Source: the human T2T-CHM13v2.0 reference genome, Homo sapiens
DNA length: 64,000 nt
Assembly (NCBI RefSeq): GCF_009914755.1
Contig: NC_060926.1
Reading direction: 5' to 3' (one strand)
The notes below the pieces were generated by a model, which saw nothing but the letters and a program-made list of their open reading frames with translations, was not told where the DNA came from and did not search any database. A program made the translations under genes and the position numbers. Positions 1 to 14,394 of the stretch are shown here, in pieces. How positions within the stretch are numbered: position 1 is the stretch's first letter; every line of letters begins with the position of its first letter.

Positions 1-529
1 ATCTTTCACATTTTCTTAAGCAATAACTGTTTTTAGTCTTCAAAGCAATTGCACTGTGCTGTTTTGCACATACAATAAGTCAGTTCTTGCAGCCCTATTG
101 TGGCTAATTTTGACTTTCAGGTAACACGTGAGAACTAAAATGTGCTGTCACCTTCTAGTCTTCTTCAGATTAGAAAAGGACCAATAACAGCTCCAAGGAG
201 AAATTTTTTTATTTTATTTTGTTTTAGCTTCACAAAGGTAAGCTGCAAAATTGAGACAGCATGTTGCATAAACATATCTTCAGGGGACCAGCAACCCATT
301 TCAGAAAACAACACCATTCCATTTCACTTTTATTTTTCAGTAAGAAAAAAGCAGAAATCTTGTTCCTCAAATGTTCGGTTTCTAAACTATGCCTCAGTTT
401 AGTAAATCAGACAAAGAAGTAAGATATACTTTAAAAACAGAGGCCTTCCCAACAAATATGTTTGAATTTTTTTCCATCATCATCCCTGGTGAAAAAAATA
501 ACTTACTTAAAAGGTTTAATGAATAGAGA

Positions 530-745
530 GATGTAGCATAATGACTAAAGCCTTAGATATTGAGTTCTGGTATCTTGAGTTAAAAATCACAGCCCTGCTA
601 CATAGTGGCTCTGTGATATGGGCAAGTTACTTAACCTTTCTTTTTAGTGTCTGAATAAAATGGAAGTAATAGAACTGTGAAGATTAAATGAATCCATCTG
701 TGTTAAATACCTAGCATTTAATAAGCATAATAAATATCAACTATC
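530..745 (+). mobile_element. MIR SINE, degenerate
   Basis: MIR core ggcaagttacttaacct...gaagattaaatga. Confidence 0.7.
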
Positions 746-1699
746 ATAAACTTTAAAATATAAAGTATATAACAAAATAAGATATGTAGATACTAATAAA
801 TTTAGTCATTTCATACACCTTTGAAGTTTTAATTTGGTTTAACATAATATTGTCTTTATGCATTTAAAACTGAAGAGAAAATACATTGGTATTTTCTTTG
901 CAAAATAAAAAATAAAAAGAGAAGAATCTAATTTTAATTTACCTCATCCAAAGAAATAAATTCAGAAATAGAAAATTCTGTAAAAATATTCAGACACTGC
1001 TATATGTTTCAAGATCATCGCCTGTGATTTTTTAAACTGAAAGTTAACATTGATTTGGATGCACAGAGGCAACCCATATTTTTAGAAAGGTAAAGTTAAG
1101 TTTACTGTTAACAGTTACTACCATCACAGATAATTTGCTCTAAAAATTACTAGAAATTGCCTATGCTTACTGTGTAAGGGCTAGCCAAATTCACAGGTGA
1201 CACATAGATATATGAGTCTTATAATATGATTATTTCCCAACATGACTTTACTGTTATTGAATCACAGCTATTATAATAAACTACAATACATAAATGTGCT
1301 ATGCTTGGACTTTCAGGAAAAAAAATACACAATGATTCTTTTTATGAACAAATTCCCGCTTTAAAAAATTGTTTTAATGTGAATCAATACTTTCTATTGA
1401 AGGCCATGTGTATTAAAGGAGACACAGAAGTGACCAAGAAGCCTCCTTCAATCTTCCCAAAGACTCAATCACCCTCTTGTAAGTATTTGGTAGCAATTCA
1501 CGTTACTTATCATTTTGTAGTAGGTTGCAGTTGCTTCTCAACCTATATTGGGGGTACATTGATAGAAAGCTTCATATTCTCTTCATAGTTAGCTACTTAG
1601 AAGATAGTACAACATTTCAGATATACATACACAGAAGCTAGATGAATGAATGATCATGCATAACTGCATTATTACAATAAAAAAGTTCAGATTCAACAT

Positions 1700-3140
<1,441 letters not shown>

Positions 3141-3309
3141 ATCCAATAAACAATAATAGGAATAGAATCAAGTGAATAGTATAAGAGTTATTAGCATAGT
3201 ATCATCTAGAGCAAAGAAGAGTAAAAGAAGAGTAAGATAAAAAGAGTAAGAATATAAGTAATTTAATAAGGTAGTAATATTTTAGATTATTGAATCAGTT
3301 AAATAAGCA

Positions 3310-3619
<310 letters not shown>

Positions 3620-3859
3620 CTATGGTAAAATATTAAAATCATGTGGCAGGCTATCATTATAGTATCATTTTATAATGAATTTAATTATATATCAAATGTA
3701 AGTTAAATGACCAAAATAGGATTCCATGGAGTTTAAACTCAAGGGTCAAAGCAAAGCAATTTTGTAACTCTGAATACTTAAAATTACAAAAAATGTTTGG
3801 CAAGCCATACACCAAAAGATATAGTATTGTCTCATATTGTTTAGAATAACTCAATAATG

Positions 3860-4010
3860 AAATTATGTGATGTCTTGGGTTTGTTTAAATTAGATGAAAC
3901 AATCTGGTCATGAATTGAAGCTGGTGATGGGTACGTGGGAGGGGTTCATTATTCTCTTCTCTCTACTTTTTTTTTTAATGTTTCAAAGTTTCCATGGTAA
4001 AATGTTTAAA
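3860..4010 (+). mobile_element. Old L1 (L1MD/ME-type) 3' end fragment
   Basis: ggtgatgggtacgtgg...ggttcattattctc...ctacttttt. Confidence 0.55.
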
Positions 4011-5224
4011 AAGTACTCCACCAGATTGAAAGGAAGTCCACATTTTAATTATCATTGCTAATCAAATTCTGAAACTTTTATGATAGTAAAATATATCTAA
4101 AAGTTATGTCTAATCTTTGATGTTTTTTACTTGGATGACACTCTTAATATCCTACCCATGCAGGAAATAAAAAAACTCCAATTTCACCAAATACCTTACC
4201 CGAACTGCATGATGTTTCGCTTACAGTGTTTCCATTTTAGGAGCAGAGAAACAGGCTTTAAAAAACTCTTGAAGGAAAAAAAGTATTCACATGAGCTAGG
4301 TTTTGGATAGTATATATTAGAATTAATAATACTCTTGGTCTCAGCAGAATCAGGAACAGGGTTACTGAAAATATAAGAAGTGTTGAAGCAGTTCAAGCAA
4401 CAGATGTTTTTCACTTCAATTAAACCATGTTCATGCTGACCAAAGGTTAAAGATTACATTAGATTAGAAAACTAGGATGAAATGGAAAAAAAAAAATTAA
4501 AGATCTCCGTATCAGCTGGCATTATCAGGTAAATGAAGAGACATATAATTTAATTGTTAAAAAGAAAGGTTCAGAGTTTTTTATAATGCATCCCAGAGAG
4601 ATAAAAGGAAAACAAGATTCCTTAAGAAATTTTGATTCAGTGAGAATACCAATAACATATTTTTAGAAAGTTTGTGATAGAACATCTTAAGAAGGGTAGA
4701 TCAAGGACAAAGACTTGTTCTGAAATAGCTATCTTGAAATATTTTCAGTTATCAAAGTAGAGATATAACAATTCTCTCTGTGTGTACTTGTGTGCATGTA
4801 TGTGTGTCTGTGTGTATCATTTCCTCCTGTTATATTACCTTGAGCTATAAGCCTCATAGATCTTAAAAGAAAAACAGTGACAGACTAGTAGATAATTGGA
4901 TAGGAGTCTACAAAAGGAAACTCAAAAGGAATCTCGAGTGCTTCAGGAAATCTTGTCAGTGACTGAGTAGACCTGCAATCTTCCCTCCAACTTAAATTTA
5001 GTCAATGTATAGTACGAATAACCCTTTCTTTAAAACACATATGAGGGAGAGTGTGACCATATAAATCCTATAATATATGTCCTATTCTATTCCCGTTGCT
5101 TGTTGCTCTAGAGATGTCTAAGTGCTCAATTTGTATGAAAATTGATTATCAGACCCTAAAGCTAAACAGTGAAAACTATGTCCGCAGAAAGCTGTGTATA
5201 AGAAAGGCCAAAGTATTATTTTGA

Positions 5225-5635
5225 ATATAAGAGCCAAAAACTAGAACAAAAACAAACATCTATCATTGCAGAAACAGTTAAACAAACTGGTGTACTCACA
5301 AAATGGATATTAATGCCACAAAGGCGCACCCTACTAACACATGCAAAAACAGGAGGGATGTCAAAAATATTATGTGACGTGAAAGAAACCAGGCACAAAA
5401 GAATATATATCATGTAATTCCATTTATATAAAACTGTAGAATAGGTAAAACTAATCAATGGTGATAAAAATGAGATTAGTGATCACTTCTGAGGATAGGC
5501 GGGCAGGAATAGGAGGAAACTTTCTAAAGTGATAGAAATAGTCCATTTATTGTTATTTACTCATCAAAACTTAATGAAAGGCAAACTTACTATCTGAACA
5601 CTCTACTATGGATAAATTATATCTCAATACAAAAT
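5225..5635 (+). mobile_element. Old L1M (L1ME-like) 3' end
   Basis: ccaggcacaaaagaatatatatcatgtaattccatttatataaaac...ggtaaaactaatcaatggtgata. Confidence 0.7.
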
Positions 5636-6332
5636 AATCAAAAACATACCAATATTTGCTGTAAGCAAAATTTAATTATCATTCCTAATCAAATCACCTA
5701 TGGTAAATTTTAAGTAGATTGTCTGGCATCATCTTAAAATATAGATGTGCCTTTTGGGTGCAGGCCCTGGGAATACGCCTGCTTAACCTCAACGAAATTA
5801 CAATACAGAAAATATCTCATAGGATGATCAACCATAATATATGGTAACAAAAAGTTCAGTGAAAATCCAATGGGGCAGATAAATTGAAAACAGACTCTTA
5901 TTGAGTATTTGCTACTGCGAAGGAATCTTTCCTATCATAGTGAACACACAAATATAAATCAGACTTGAATCCTGCTCTCTAGGAAAACAAAATTCAGAAA
6001 AGTAAGAAGAAATGCACATGAATAACTATAAATTAGAAAGTTCCCCTAGGAAATATGCAGAAATTGGAATGAGAGTCTAGAAAAGGTAAAGCCTACATCA
6101 ATTTGGGGACTAGACTTGGAAGAAACTCACAGAATGTGGCACAAGGAATTATGCTGTTCATTAGAATATGAGGAGAATGATAGAGAAGAGTCAGAAATGA
6201 GGTTGGAGGGATGAATTGATTTGTGTAAAATATCTAGTTTGTTAGTTATGAGAAAATGGCTTTTAGCACTGAGAATTTAGGATTTTATTCAAGGCGACTG
6301 TGATTATGATGATAAAACAGTCACAGCTACAA

Positions 6333-6415
6333 TGATCAACCATCCCAGTTTGTCCAGGACTCTCCTGATTTTAGCAGTAAAAGCCCAATGTCCCAGAACA
6401 GCCCTTAGTACTGAA
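6333..6415. mobile_element. MER81-like hAT MITE remnant
   Basis: accatcccagtttgtccaggact...ttttagcagtaaaagccc resembles the recalled MER81 consensus. Confidence 0.55.
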
Positions 6416-6419
6416 TATT

Positions 6420-9400
6420 AGCCTCTATGATCTCTAATTTTAGGGTAAATAATTGACAGATGGTCCCAGCTTCTGTGTTCTGAATCTATCTTCACATTTT
6501 TGCTAAGGCTGCTCTCAGCTAATGACTGTGTGAAGCAGATACTAACGGAGGCCCTTTCCTGCAACATGTGGAGCTCCTCTGACAGGCAACATTGGCTTGA
6601 TAGGTGACAGTGACTCTCCACCAGCCTTGCTAAAACTTTCTTGAAACTGCACCATAGCCTGAGACTTTTCCTATCTGACCTAACTTCCTCCCCTCTATCT
6701 TTCATATGGCTCAGATCTGCCTCGCAGACAACTCTCCTCATTTTCTCTCACAGGTGTATTTCTCAATAACAATCTTACATATCTAATCCTGTCTTGACTC
6801 TGTTTCCCAAAAGACCAAACTAGCACAAGAGATGATGGGAGTGGGCTGAGAAAATAAACAGTAAGACAGAGTTTTAGGTTTGGCTTCCTTATCCCCCAGC
6901 AGTTGTCAAAGAGGACACGGTTCTGAGTAGCATGTGGGGCAATGGTTGGGCCATCCACACGATGTGCAATTGCTAAAGATTTCATGAGAAGTGACGTGGA
7001 AGTTGCTAAGGGGGAACATCCTTGCAGGTGCAATGAGTCATGCCTTTGAAAAAGAAAAAGGAAACAATGCCTATAAAGACAGCAGAGTGGGATGATTACT
7101 GCTACATTGTAATGACACACTACAGACAGATAATTTAAAAACTGACAGCTGTTAATAAGCAGTTAAGACTAAATGTGAGAGCCAGATTTGGTAGATTACA
7201 AAGAGGCTCATAACTCCCATGGTAGAAAAATGGACACAGCTGAGCAGAGCAAACAGACGCTCTAATTGAGCTCCAGAGAGGTTCAAATGTTCAGCAAAGG
7301 CAGGTCGGCAATGCTAAAACCAGGGACCTGGTTGGAAAACCTGGGAACCTGAAAGATGGGATGAGAATATCTGGATGTATGTCTTTGAGGGGTTTGGCTC
7401 CTGAAATACCCCTTGGACTCGCAGAGTTTGCAGAGATGGCCCAGTCTTCCCTATGCTAGTACTTCCCTTGTGCTGGTAGATATTACAGAAATATCTCACC
7501 TGCAAGGCAACAGGTTTCCCTTTAGGACATGCACTCACTTTCTGTCCTGGCTACTTGGCTATAACTATGGTTAAATCCCAGTCTAACCCAACTGGAGAAT
7601 TACTGGGCCTCAAAAGGGAGGATAGAGATTATATACCAATGCAGCAGTGAGAAATAGCTGCACAACCAGAAAGGACCAGGGAAAAAAACCCTGCAATTGA
7701 ATTTTAAGGGTACTTGATCAAAGTGGGCTAGAATATAAGACTGGATAAGCAAAAGTTCTTGGGGCACATTCTCGGTATATGGGAATTAACACTCTAGCAA
7801 GGGCTAGCAAGGCTGTGAGGCAACATCTCTGCTAGGGTGGCTCTTAAACACATGGAGAAACTATGCCTTTCTTCATGTAGAAATATCTGATCTTCCCTGA
7901 TAGATGGTAGAAGAAGGAATAAAGAGGATGAGGGAAGGAAGTAGAGATGCAGAAATAGATATATTATGTGAGAAAGGAAAACCCACCGAAGTATTATGTT
8001 CCATGGGAAGCTTCAGGGGACATGCCATTCACTAGGGCTGATAGTACTGTAGTTGCAGTAGGGGAATCAGCATCACCAAGAAGTTCAGTGGTTACTCTAC
8101 TCAGCAGGTAATCTATTACAGTAGGAGGGCAGTCCCAAAGCTTGGCTCAATAATATCCATTGTTTTATTGTTTCATATGGAACCAAAAAAGAGCCCGCAT
8201 TGCCAAGTCAATCCTAAGCCAAAAGAGCAAAGCTGGAGGCATCATGCTACCTGACTTCAAACTATACTACAAGGCTACAGTAACTAAAACAGCATGGTAC
8301 TGGTACCAAAACAGAGATATAGACCAATGGAATAGAACAGAGTCCTCAGAAATAATACCACACATCTACAACCATCTGATCTTTGACAAACCTGACAAAA
8401 ATGAGAAATGTGGAAAGGATTCCCTATTTAATAAATGGTGCTGGGAAAACTGGCTAGCCATATGTAGAAAGCCTTATACAAAAATTAATTCAAGATGGAT
8501 TAAAGACTTAAATGTTAGACCTAAAACCATAAAAATCCTAGAAGAAAGCCTAGACAATACCATTCAGGACATAGGCATGGGCAAGGACTTCATGTCTAAA
8601 ATATCCATTGTTTTGAACCCTTCTCACCCCCTACTGCCTGAAATAAGAGAGGTCAGATCGTTGTGCTTACCTGCCAGAAACCAAAAGGCCGTAACTACCA
8701 TGACTGGCAAGGTTGAAGGAACGTCGAGGGAGGCTTGACCTGAAGGAATTGTAGAGCTAGTTCATAGAGCATTGTTAAGGCCAAAAATACATTGGCAGCC
8801 AAACAAGAGTGCTGTTTAACATCTACAACACCCACCCTCCCCCAAAAAAATAAACAAGGGAAGACAAGAAGCCAGAGGGTGGTTGCCCCAATAAAAATGT
8901 ATGATCCCTTGCACAGATCTCAGACCTAAATGAATTTTTAGTTCCAGAACCCAGCAAATGAAGAAGTAGCCAAGGCCCTAGGGAGAAGGACCTTGCAACA
9001 TTGTGGCAATTACGTAATTGTGTTGATCCTCCTAGATCTTTCACCAAAAGGACTTATGACCATTTACTTGGGTCACTCAGTACTGGAGAAAGGTGACTGC
9101 TTAGATATGTTGAGGATTACTGGACACAGTGTCTGAATAAACTCTGATGACCCAAGGTGAAAAGCATCATCATTGACCCCTATATTACAGGGAGACAGGA
9201 AGGTGCTACAAAAGCTAGGTAATAAATGGGCCTCAGTTACATTCTGGCTCTTTGTGGGCTCACTGGATTCACAGATCCAGTAGGAGTCACGTTCTTAGTC
9301 CTAGTGTATAAAATTGAAATGGACATACCTGGCATTTGGGTGAACACCAACACTAGTTAATTGCCTCTGAAGTAAGAGCAATCACAGTGGAAAGGCCAAG

Positions 9401-10575
9401 TGGACATCCCTGAAATTATCCCCACTACCACCACTATTCAACCCAGATGGTCAAGACTGTAAAAACTAAAAACTCATCTCAAGGAGCATGGGGGTGGATA
9501 GAGGAGATTAGTGTCACAATGAAAGACAAGGTGCAGGAGTAGTGGTTCCTATTACATCTCTGTTTAATTTGCCAGTCTGGCCCCTGCAAAAACTAGATGA
9601 ATGCCGGAGAATGATTGTAGGCTTCCAGAGCCTTAATCACGTAATAGCCCTGGTGGCAGCTGCTACGCCAGATGAGGTATCATGCTAGAGCAGATTAATA
9701 AAGCCTCAGGTACATAGTATGCAGCCATTAGTCTGATCCATGCACTTTTTCCAATGCAGAGATGAAAACAGAGTCCTCACTTTCTGTCTTTCTCAATGAT
9801 GCGCTGGAGAATTTTGTGCTTCCTTTCACTGAAACCCAGAGATCAGTAGAGTTGGAGCTCCTTCTTACCAAAGAGAGAAGGCGCACTTTTGCCTAAGAGC
9901 CACAGCAAGATCCCTCTGAACCACAAGCTGCAGCTCCTGCCAAGCCACTTTGAACTTCTTGTATCTATGGATCAGCAGGTGAAAAGAGGTGTCACCATAC
10001 TTGCATGGATGATGACCCTGTATCCAGTGTGGCCTGAGATCAATTACAACTATAACATTTGTAGGTAGTTTCATTGACCTCCCTTCTCTAAATTTCCTCA
10101 TGGGGCAGGTGGTCGGTGGGTGGGCAGGGAAGAGGCCTACAGGAACTATGGAGGAGCTATTTCTCAAACCTGTGCAGAGACAGATCTGTGTGGCACATGG
10201 GATGGTCTGTGGCAGCCAATAACATGCACTTCTCAAATTTCTGAATGGGGAGAGCGTAACTAACTGAATCTACCATCTCATTCACACTAAGGCCTCAGCT
10301 CCCACATTGTCCCCCGCCAAAGACTGAATGTGGTATAAATACTGAAGCAGATCCATTCCTGAAAAATGCAGAACCCCTTTGAATGGCAACTTTGGCTTAA
10401 GGACTCCCTACCAGTCTTGAGAAAAATTTCTTAGAATTACTCTGCTAAAATTTCCTTCCCTTTCTCCTCCACAGGTGTCAGTGTGTATCACAGTCCATCA
10501 GATCTCCTAATCTCATGTCTCTATCGCCATCTTTACTCACAGACACTCTCCCCAACCAACCTCATACATGTCTAA
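6420..10575 (+). mobile_element. ERV-L provirus remnant (HERVL40/LTR40-like) with both LTRs, internally deleted
   Basis: Related LTRs at about 6420-6828 and 10207-10575. Decayed protease motif GLLDT (about 9113). RT N-terminus VVPITSLFNLPVWPLQKLDECRRMIV (9542 onward). ERVL dUTPase-like IPLNHKLQLLPSHFELL...KRGVTILA (9910 onward). Confidence 0.8.
8172..8601 (+). mobile_element. Young L1PA internal ORF2 fragment inserted in the ERVL, with 15-bp TSD
   Basis: ORF 8160-8738 is L1 ORF2 ([26 protein letters not shown]). AATATCCATTGTTTT at 8152-8166 and 8600-8614. Confidence 0.92.
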
Positions 10576-11459
10576 GATATGAATATTTAGAAATGTGGAT
10601 GAGCCAAGTATAGAAGCTCGTGACTAATTGCCTACATCAAATAACTCGAAGTGGTCAGAAAATAATTGTGCTTTATTTAGTCTATAATTGGATCTTTTGT
10701 AATAGCACCAGCACCTCTTAGAAAAGATAAAGTAAATAGAAACAGCAATACGGGGTCACTGATGTTGCATCACATCAGTGAGGTGTAGCTAAGTCACGTC
10801 TGTGTCCAGTGGAGCATGTGCAGTATGGTCTGCCACATTCCCCATTAAGCTTCCCTGCTTCCATAACTACTTTATTCATATGTGAGACATCTCTAAGTCC
10901 CATAGTATAATCATTTGAGTTTGTTACACTGGCTTAGTAATCTCAATAAACTAAGCTTCAAAGGTATCTTTTGAGAAAGAGATAGAGACATGTCAGCCAC
11001 CATATGGGTGAGGATGGAGAAAGAACATTGTAGCCTTTGCAGAGATTTGGGGATTTGCAAAGCAGGAATGTCAGAAGAACAACAACTGTGAAGATTTAGA
11101 GTTAATTACTGAAATAACTGGCTGAAGAATATGAACCCTGCAAAGAGTCAAAAAAAAAAAAATGACAGAATAGGTACAATAAAACAGAAATAGATGGAAT
11201 CAGAGCACCAAAAGCTGAAACAAAGATAAAGAGTAGGTTCTGTAGTGTAAGAAATTCAGAGGTTGTACATAGAAAGGAGAGTTTCCATTTCAGTCTACCT
11301 CCCTGGTACATGAGATTTTAAAAGTACATGAGATTAAACTTAAACAAACGCCTAATACCACATACTGAGTTTCTTATCATGTTCATCAAATCTCTACAAT
11401 AGAACGGATGTTTTAAATGAATAATAGTAATTATTTGTTAGATAATATATTTGGATATT

Positions 11460-12780
11460 GTATTAATGTGCTAGGACTGCCATAAAAAATACCGCTGATT
11501 GGATAATTTAAACAATAGAAACTTATTCTCCCCATTCTCAGAAAATCTTCACAATCTATACATCTGACAAAGGACTGATATCCAGAAACTTCAATGAACC
11601 CAAACAAATCAGCAAGAAAAAAACAATTGCACCAAAAAGTGGGCTAAAGACATGAATGGACAATTCTCAAAAGAAGATATAAAAATGACCAACAAACATA
11701 TGAAAAATGCTCAACATCACTAATGATCAGGGAAATGCAAATCAAAACTACAATGTGATACCACCTTTCTCCTTCAGGAGTAGTCATATACAAAAAATCA
11801 AAAAACAGTAGTTGTTGGCGTGGATGCAGTGATCAGGGAACACTTCTACACTGCTGGTGGGAACATAAACTGGTACGACCACTATGGAAAAAAGTGTGGA
11901 AATTCCTTAAAAAACTAAGTAGAACTACCATCTGATCCAGCAACCCCACTCCTGGGTATCTATCTAGAGGAAAAAGGTCATTATAAAAAGAGATCATACT
12001 GATGTTTATAGCAGCACAACTTGCAATTGCAAAATAATGAAACCAACCCAAATGCCCATCAATCAACGGGTAGATAAAGAAACTGTGGTATATGTGTATG
12101 ATGGAATACTACTCCGCCATAAAAAGGAATGAGTTAACAGCATTCACAGTGACCTGGATGAGATTGGAGACTATTATTCTAAGTGAAATAACTCAGGATT
12201 GAAAAATCAAACATTGTTCTCACTGGTATGTGGGAGCTAAGCTATGAGGATGCAAAGGCGTAAGAATGATACATGGACTTTGAGGACTTCGGGGGAAGGA
12301 TGGGACATGGGCGAGGGATAAAAGACTGCAAATAGGGTGCAGTGTATACTGCTCAGGTGATGGGTGCACCAAAATCTCACAAATCACCACTAAAGAACTT
12401 ACTCATGTAACCAAACACCACCTGTTCCCCCAAAACCTATGGAAAAAGAAAAATGAAATTTATTCTCTACGTTCTGGAAGCTACAAGTTTGAGATCAAGG
12501 TGTTGGCAGGATTTAGCCAACATTCTGAGGCCTCGATCTTGGCCTGTAGATGGCCATCTTCTCCCTATATCTTCATATGGTCTTTCCTCTGTGCATTTTT
12601 TCTGTGTACTAATCTTCTCTTCTTATAAGAACACCAGTTATATTTGATTAGGGCCTACCCACATGACCTCATTTTACCTTAATTACATCTCAAAAGGCCC
12701 TAATATGGTCACATACTGAGGGGCTAGGGGTTAGAACTTCAACAAATGAATTTTGAGGGACACCACTCAGCCCATAATAG
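11460..12780 (-). mobile_element. MLT1B-like MaLR LTR, split by L1PB1 (pieces about 11460-11530 and 12455-12780)
   Basis: taggactgccataa...aacaatagaaacttattctc continues after the L1 as gaaatttattctctacgttctggaag...cagcccataa. Confidence 0.8.
11535..12453 (+). mobile_element. L1PB1-like 3' end, 5'-truncated
   Basis: gctatgaggatgcaaaggc...aaatcaccactaaagaacttactcatgtaacc; TSD gaaa(c/t)ttattctc at 11518-11530 and 12455-12467. Confidence 0.88.
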
Positions 12781-13264
12781 GTATCTTCATGCCTCTCAGA
12801 GATTATTTGTAATCCCCATAAGAACACATGATGCTGCAAATAACTTTAAATTACAAAACATTTCTAAGCAGAAACAAGAAGTTGTATCTGTATTAGCCAT
12901 TAGCATTGTGCTCAATGACCACCATTCTTTAAAGCACAAGAAAAGCTAGCACATATGCAAGTCTACTAGAAATTGTATTACATCAGCTTCACATTTCCAG
13001 GGCAAGCAGACATTTGGGGAATCATCAATAAATTTCATTTCACCCCCAACCCAAATAACAACACATATGACAAAGCGAAGCCATGCCAGGCAAAGGGAAA
13101 CACATGATCAATCAGTATATTATATATAATAACTACATATAATAACTGAACAGAAACACTTAGAAGAGATTAAGATCAAGTTGCCAACATGACTCTGAAG
13201 ATGACAGAAAAATATGGAATATCTGTCCCAAGAGACTTACATTGCCAATGTTCAGCAACCACAC

Positions 13265-13760
13265 TATTATTTTTTTTTTCTTTTAGGTTTAGTGGGTACA
13301 TGTGCAGGTTTGTTACATGGGTAAATTGCATATCACAGGAGTTTGGTGTACAAATAATTTTGTCACCCAGGTAATCAGCATAGTATCCAATAGGTAGATT
13401 TTTAATTCTCACCGTCCTACCACTCTCCATTCTCAAGTAGGCCTCTGTGTCTATTGTTCTCTTCTCTGTATCCATATGTACTCAATGTTTAACTCCCAAA
13501 TATAAGTCAGAACATCCACTATTTGGTTTTCTGTTTCTGCATTAATTCATTTAACATAATATTAGGCCTCTGTGTCTATTGTTTCCTTCTTTGTATCTAT
13601 ATGTGCTCAATGCTTAGCTCTCAAATGTAAGTGAGAACATGCACTATTTGGTTTTCTGTTTCTGCATTAATTAATTTAAGATAATAGCCTCCAGCTCCAT
13701 TCATGTCACTGCAAAGGACATGATCTCATTCTTTGTTATGGCTGCATCATATTCCATACA
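13265..13760 (-). mobile_element. L1PA15/16-like 3' end with an internal tandem duplication
   Basis: ggtacatgtgcaggtttgttacatgggtaaattgc...gtcacccaggtaatcagcatag. Confidence 0.85.
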
Positions 13761-14394
13761 CACTAGTATTAGTTGACTATCTTACTTAATCCGTTCATGG
13801 CTTTCAGCTTTTGAAGGTATTTTGGCAAACATAAATTTGATCAATGGCTCTAAAATAAAATTAATCTCTGATTTCTTTTTATATGCGATTAAGAATGGAG
13901 CATCTAAATCCACAAAGTAAAGTAAGTTATTAGGAATATTTTTTCAGTAAAATAACAAAGAAGGTCTTCTCGTATTTGTCATAGGACCAATGTAATTGAC
14001 TGAAAAGTACAGGCACAGGGTGGGTGAGAAAACTGAGTGTCGAAAGGGATTATTGAAAGTTATGGAAAGATGACTGAATGGCTCCTCTCTTTTAAGAAAC
14101 ATTCTTCTTCATGTAGTTCTTCATCTAGTTCTCTCATGTTTAGTTCTAATTTTAAAAAGTCAATCATTATTATCATTCTAAATATTTCTAGCATTGCATT
14201 TAAAAAATAAATCATTCTGTAATAAATAGTAGTGAGATATAATTAAAATATATGTTATATCCCAAATCTTGCTATTCAATAAAACAGACGACGAGAAGGA
14301 AACAATTCAACTGCTACATTTATTATGGCAGAATCCAAGAAACACTTTACATGGTACCATGAAACAGAATTATATTTTTTTAATCTATTATAAA

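Noticed and set aside
105-245. Exon-like signals on + (ttttgactttcag|gtaac, cttcttcag, aag|gtaagc); similar ttcag|gta at about 35370 and 35520
   Set aside because: Antisense to LRP1B with no coherent multi-exon frame; expected by chance in AT-rich DNA.
8160-8738. Longest ORF (192 aa) as a host gene
   Set aside because: It is an L1 ORF2 fragment running into ERVL sequence, with a non-ATG start and no exon structure.
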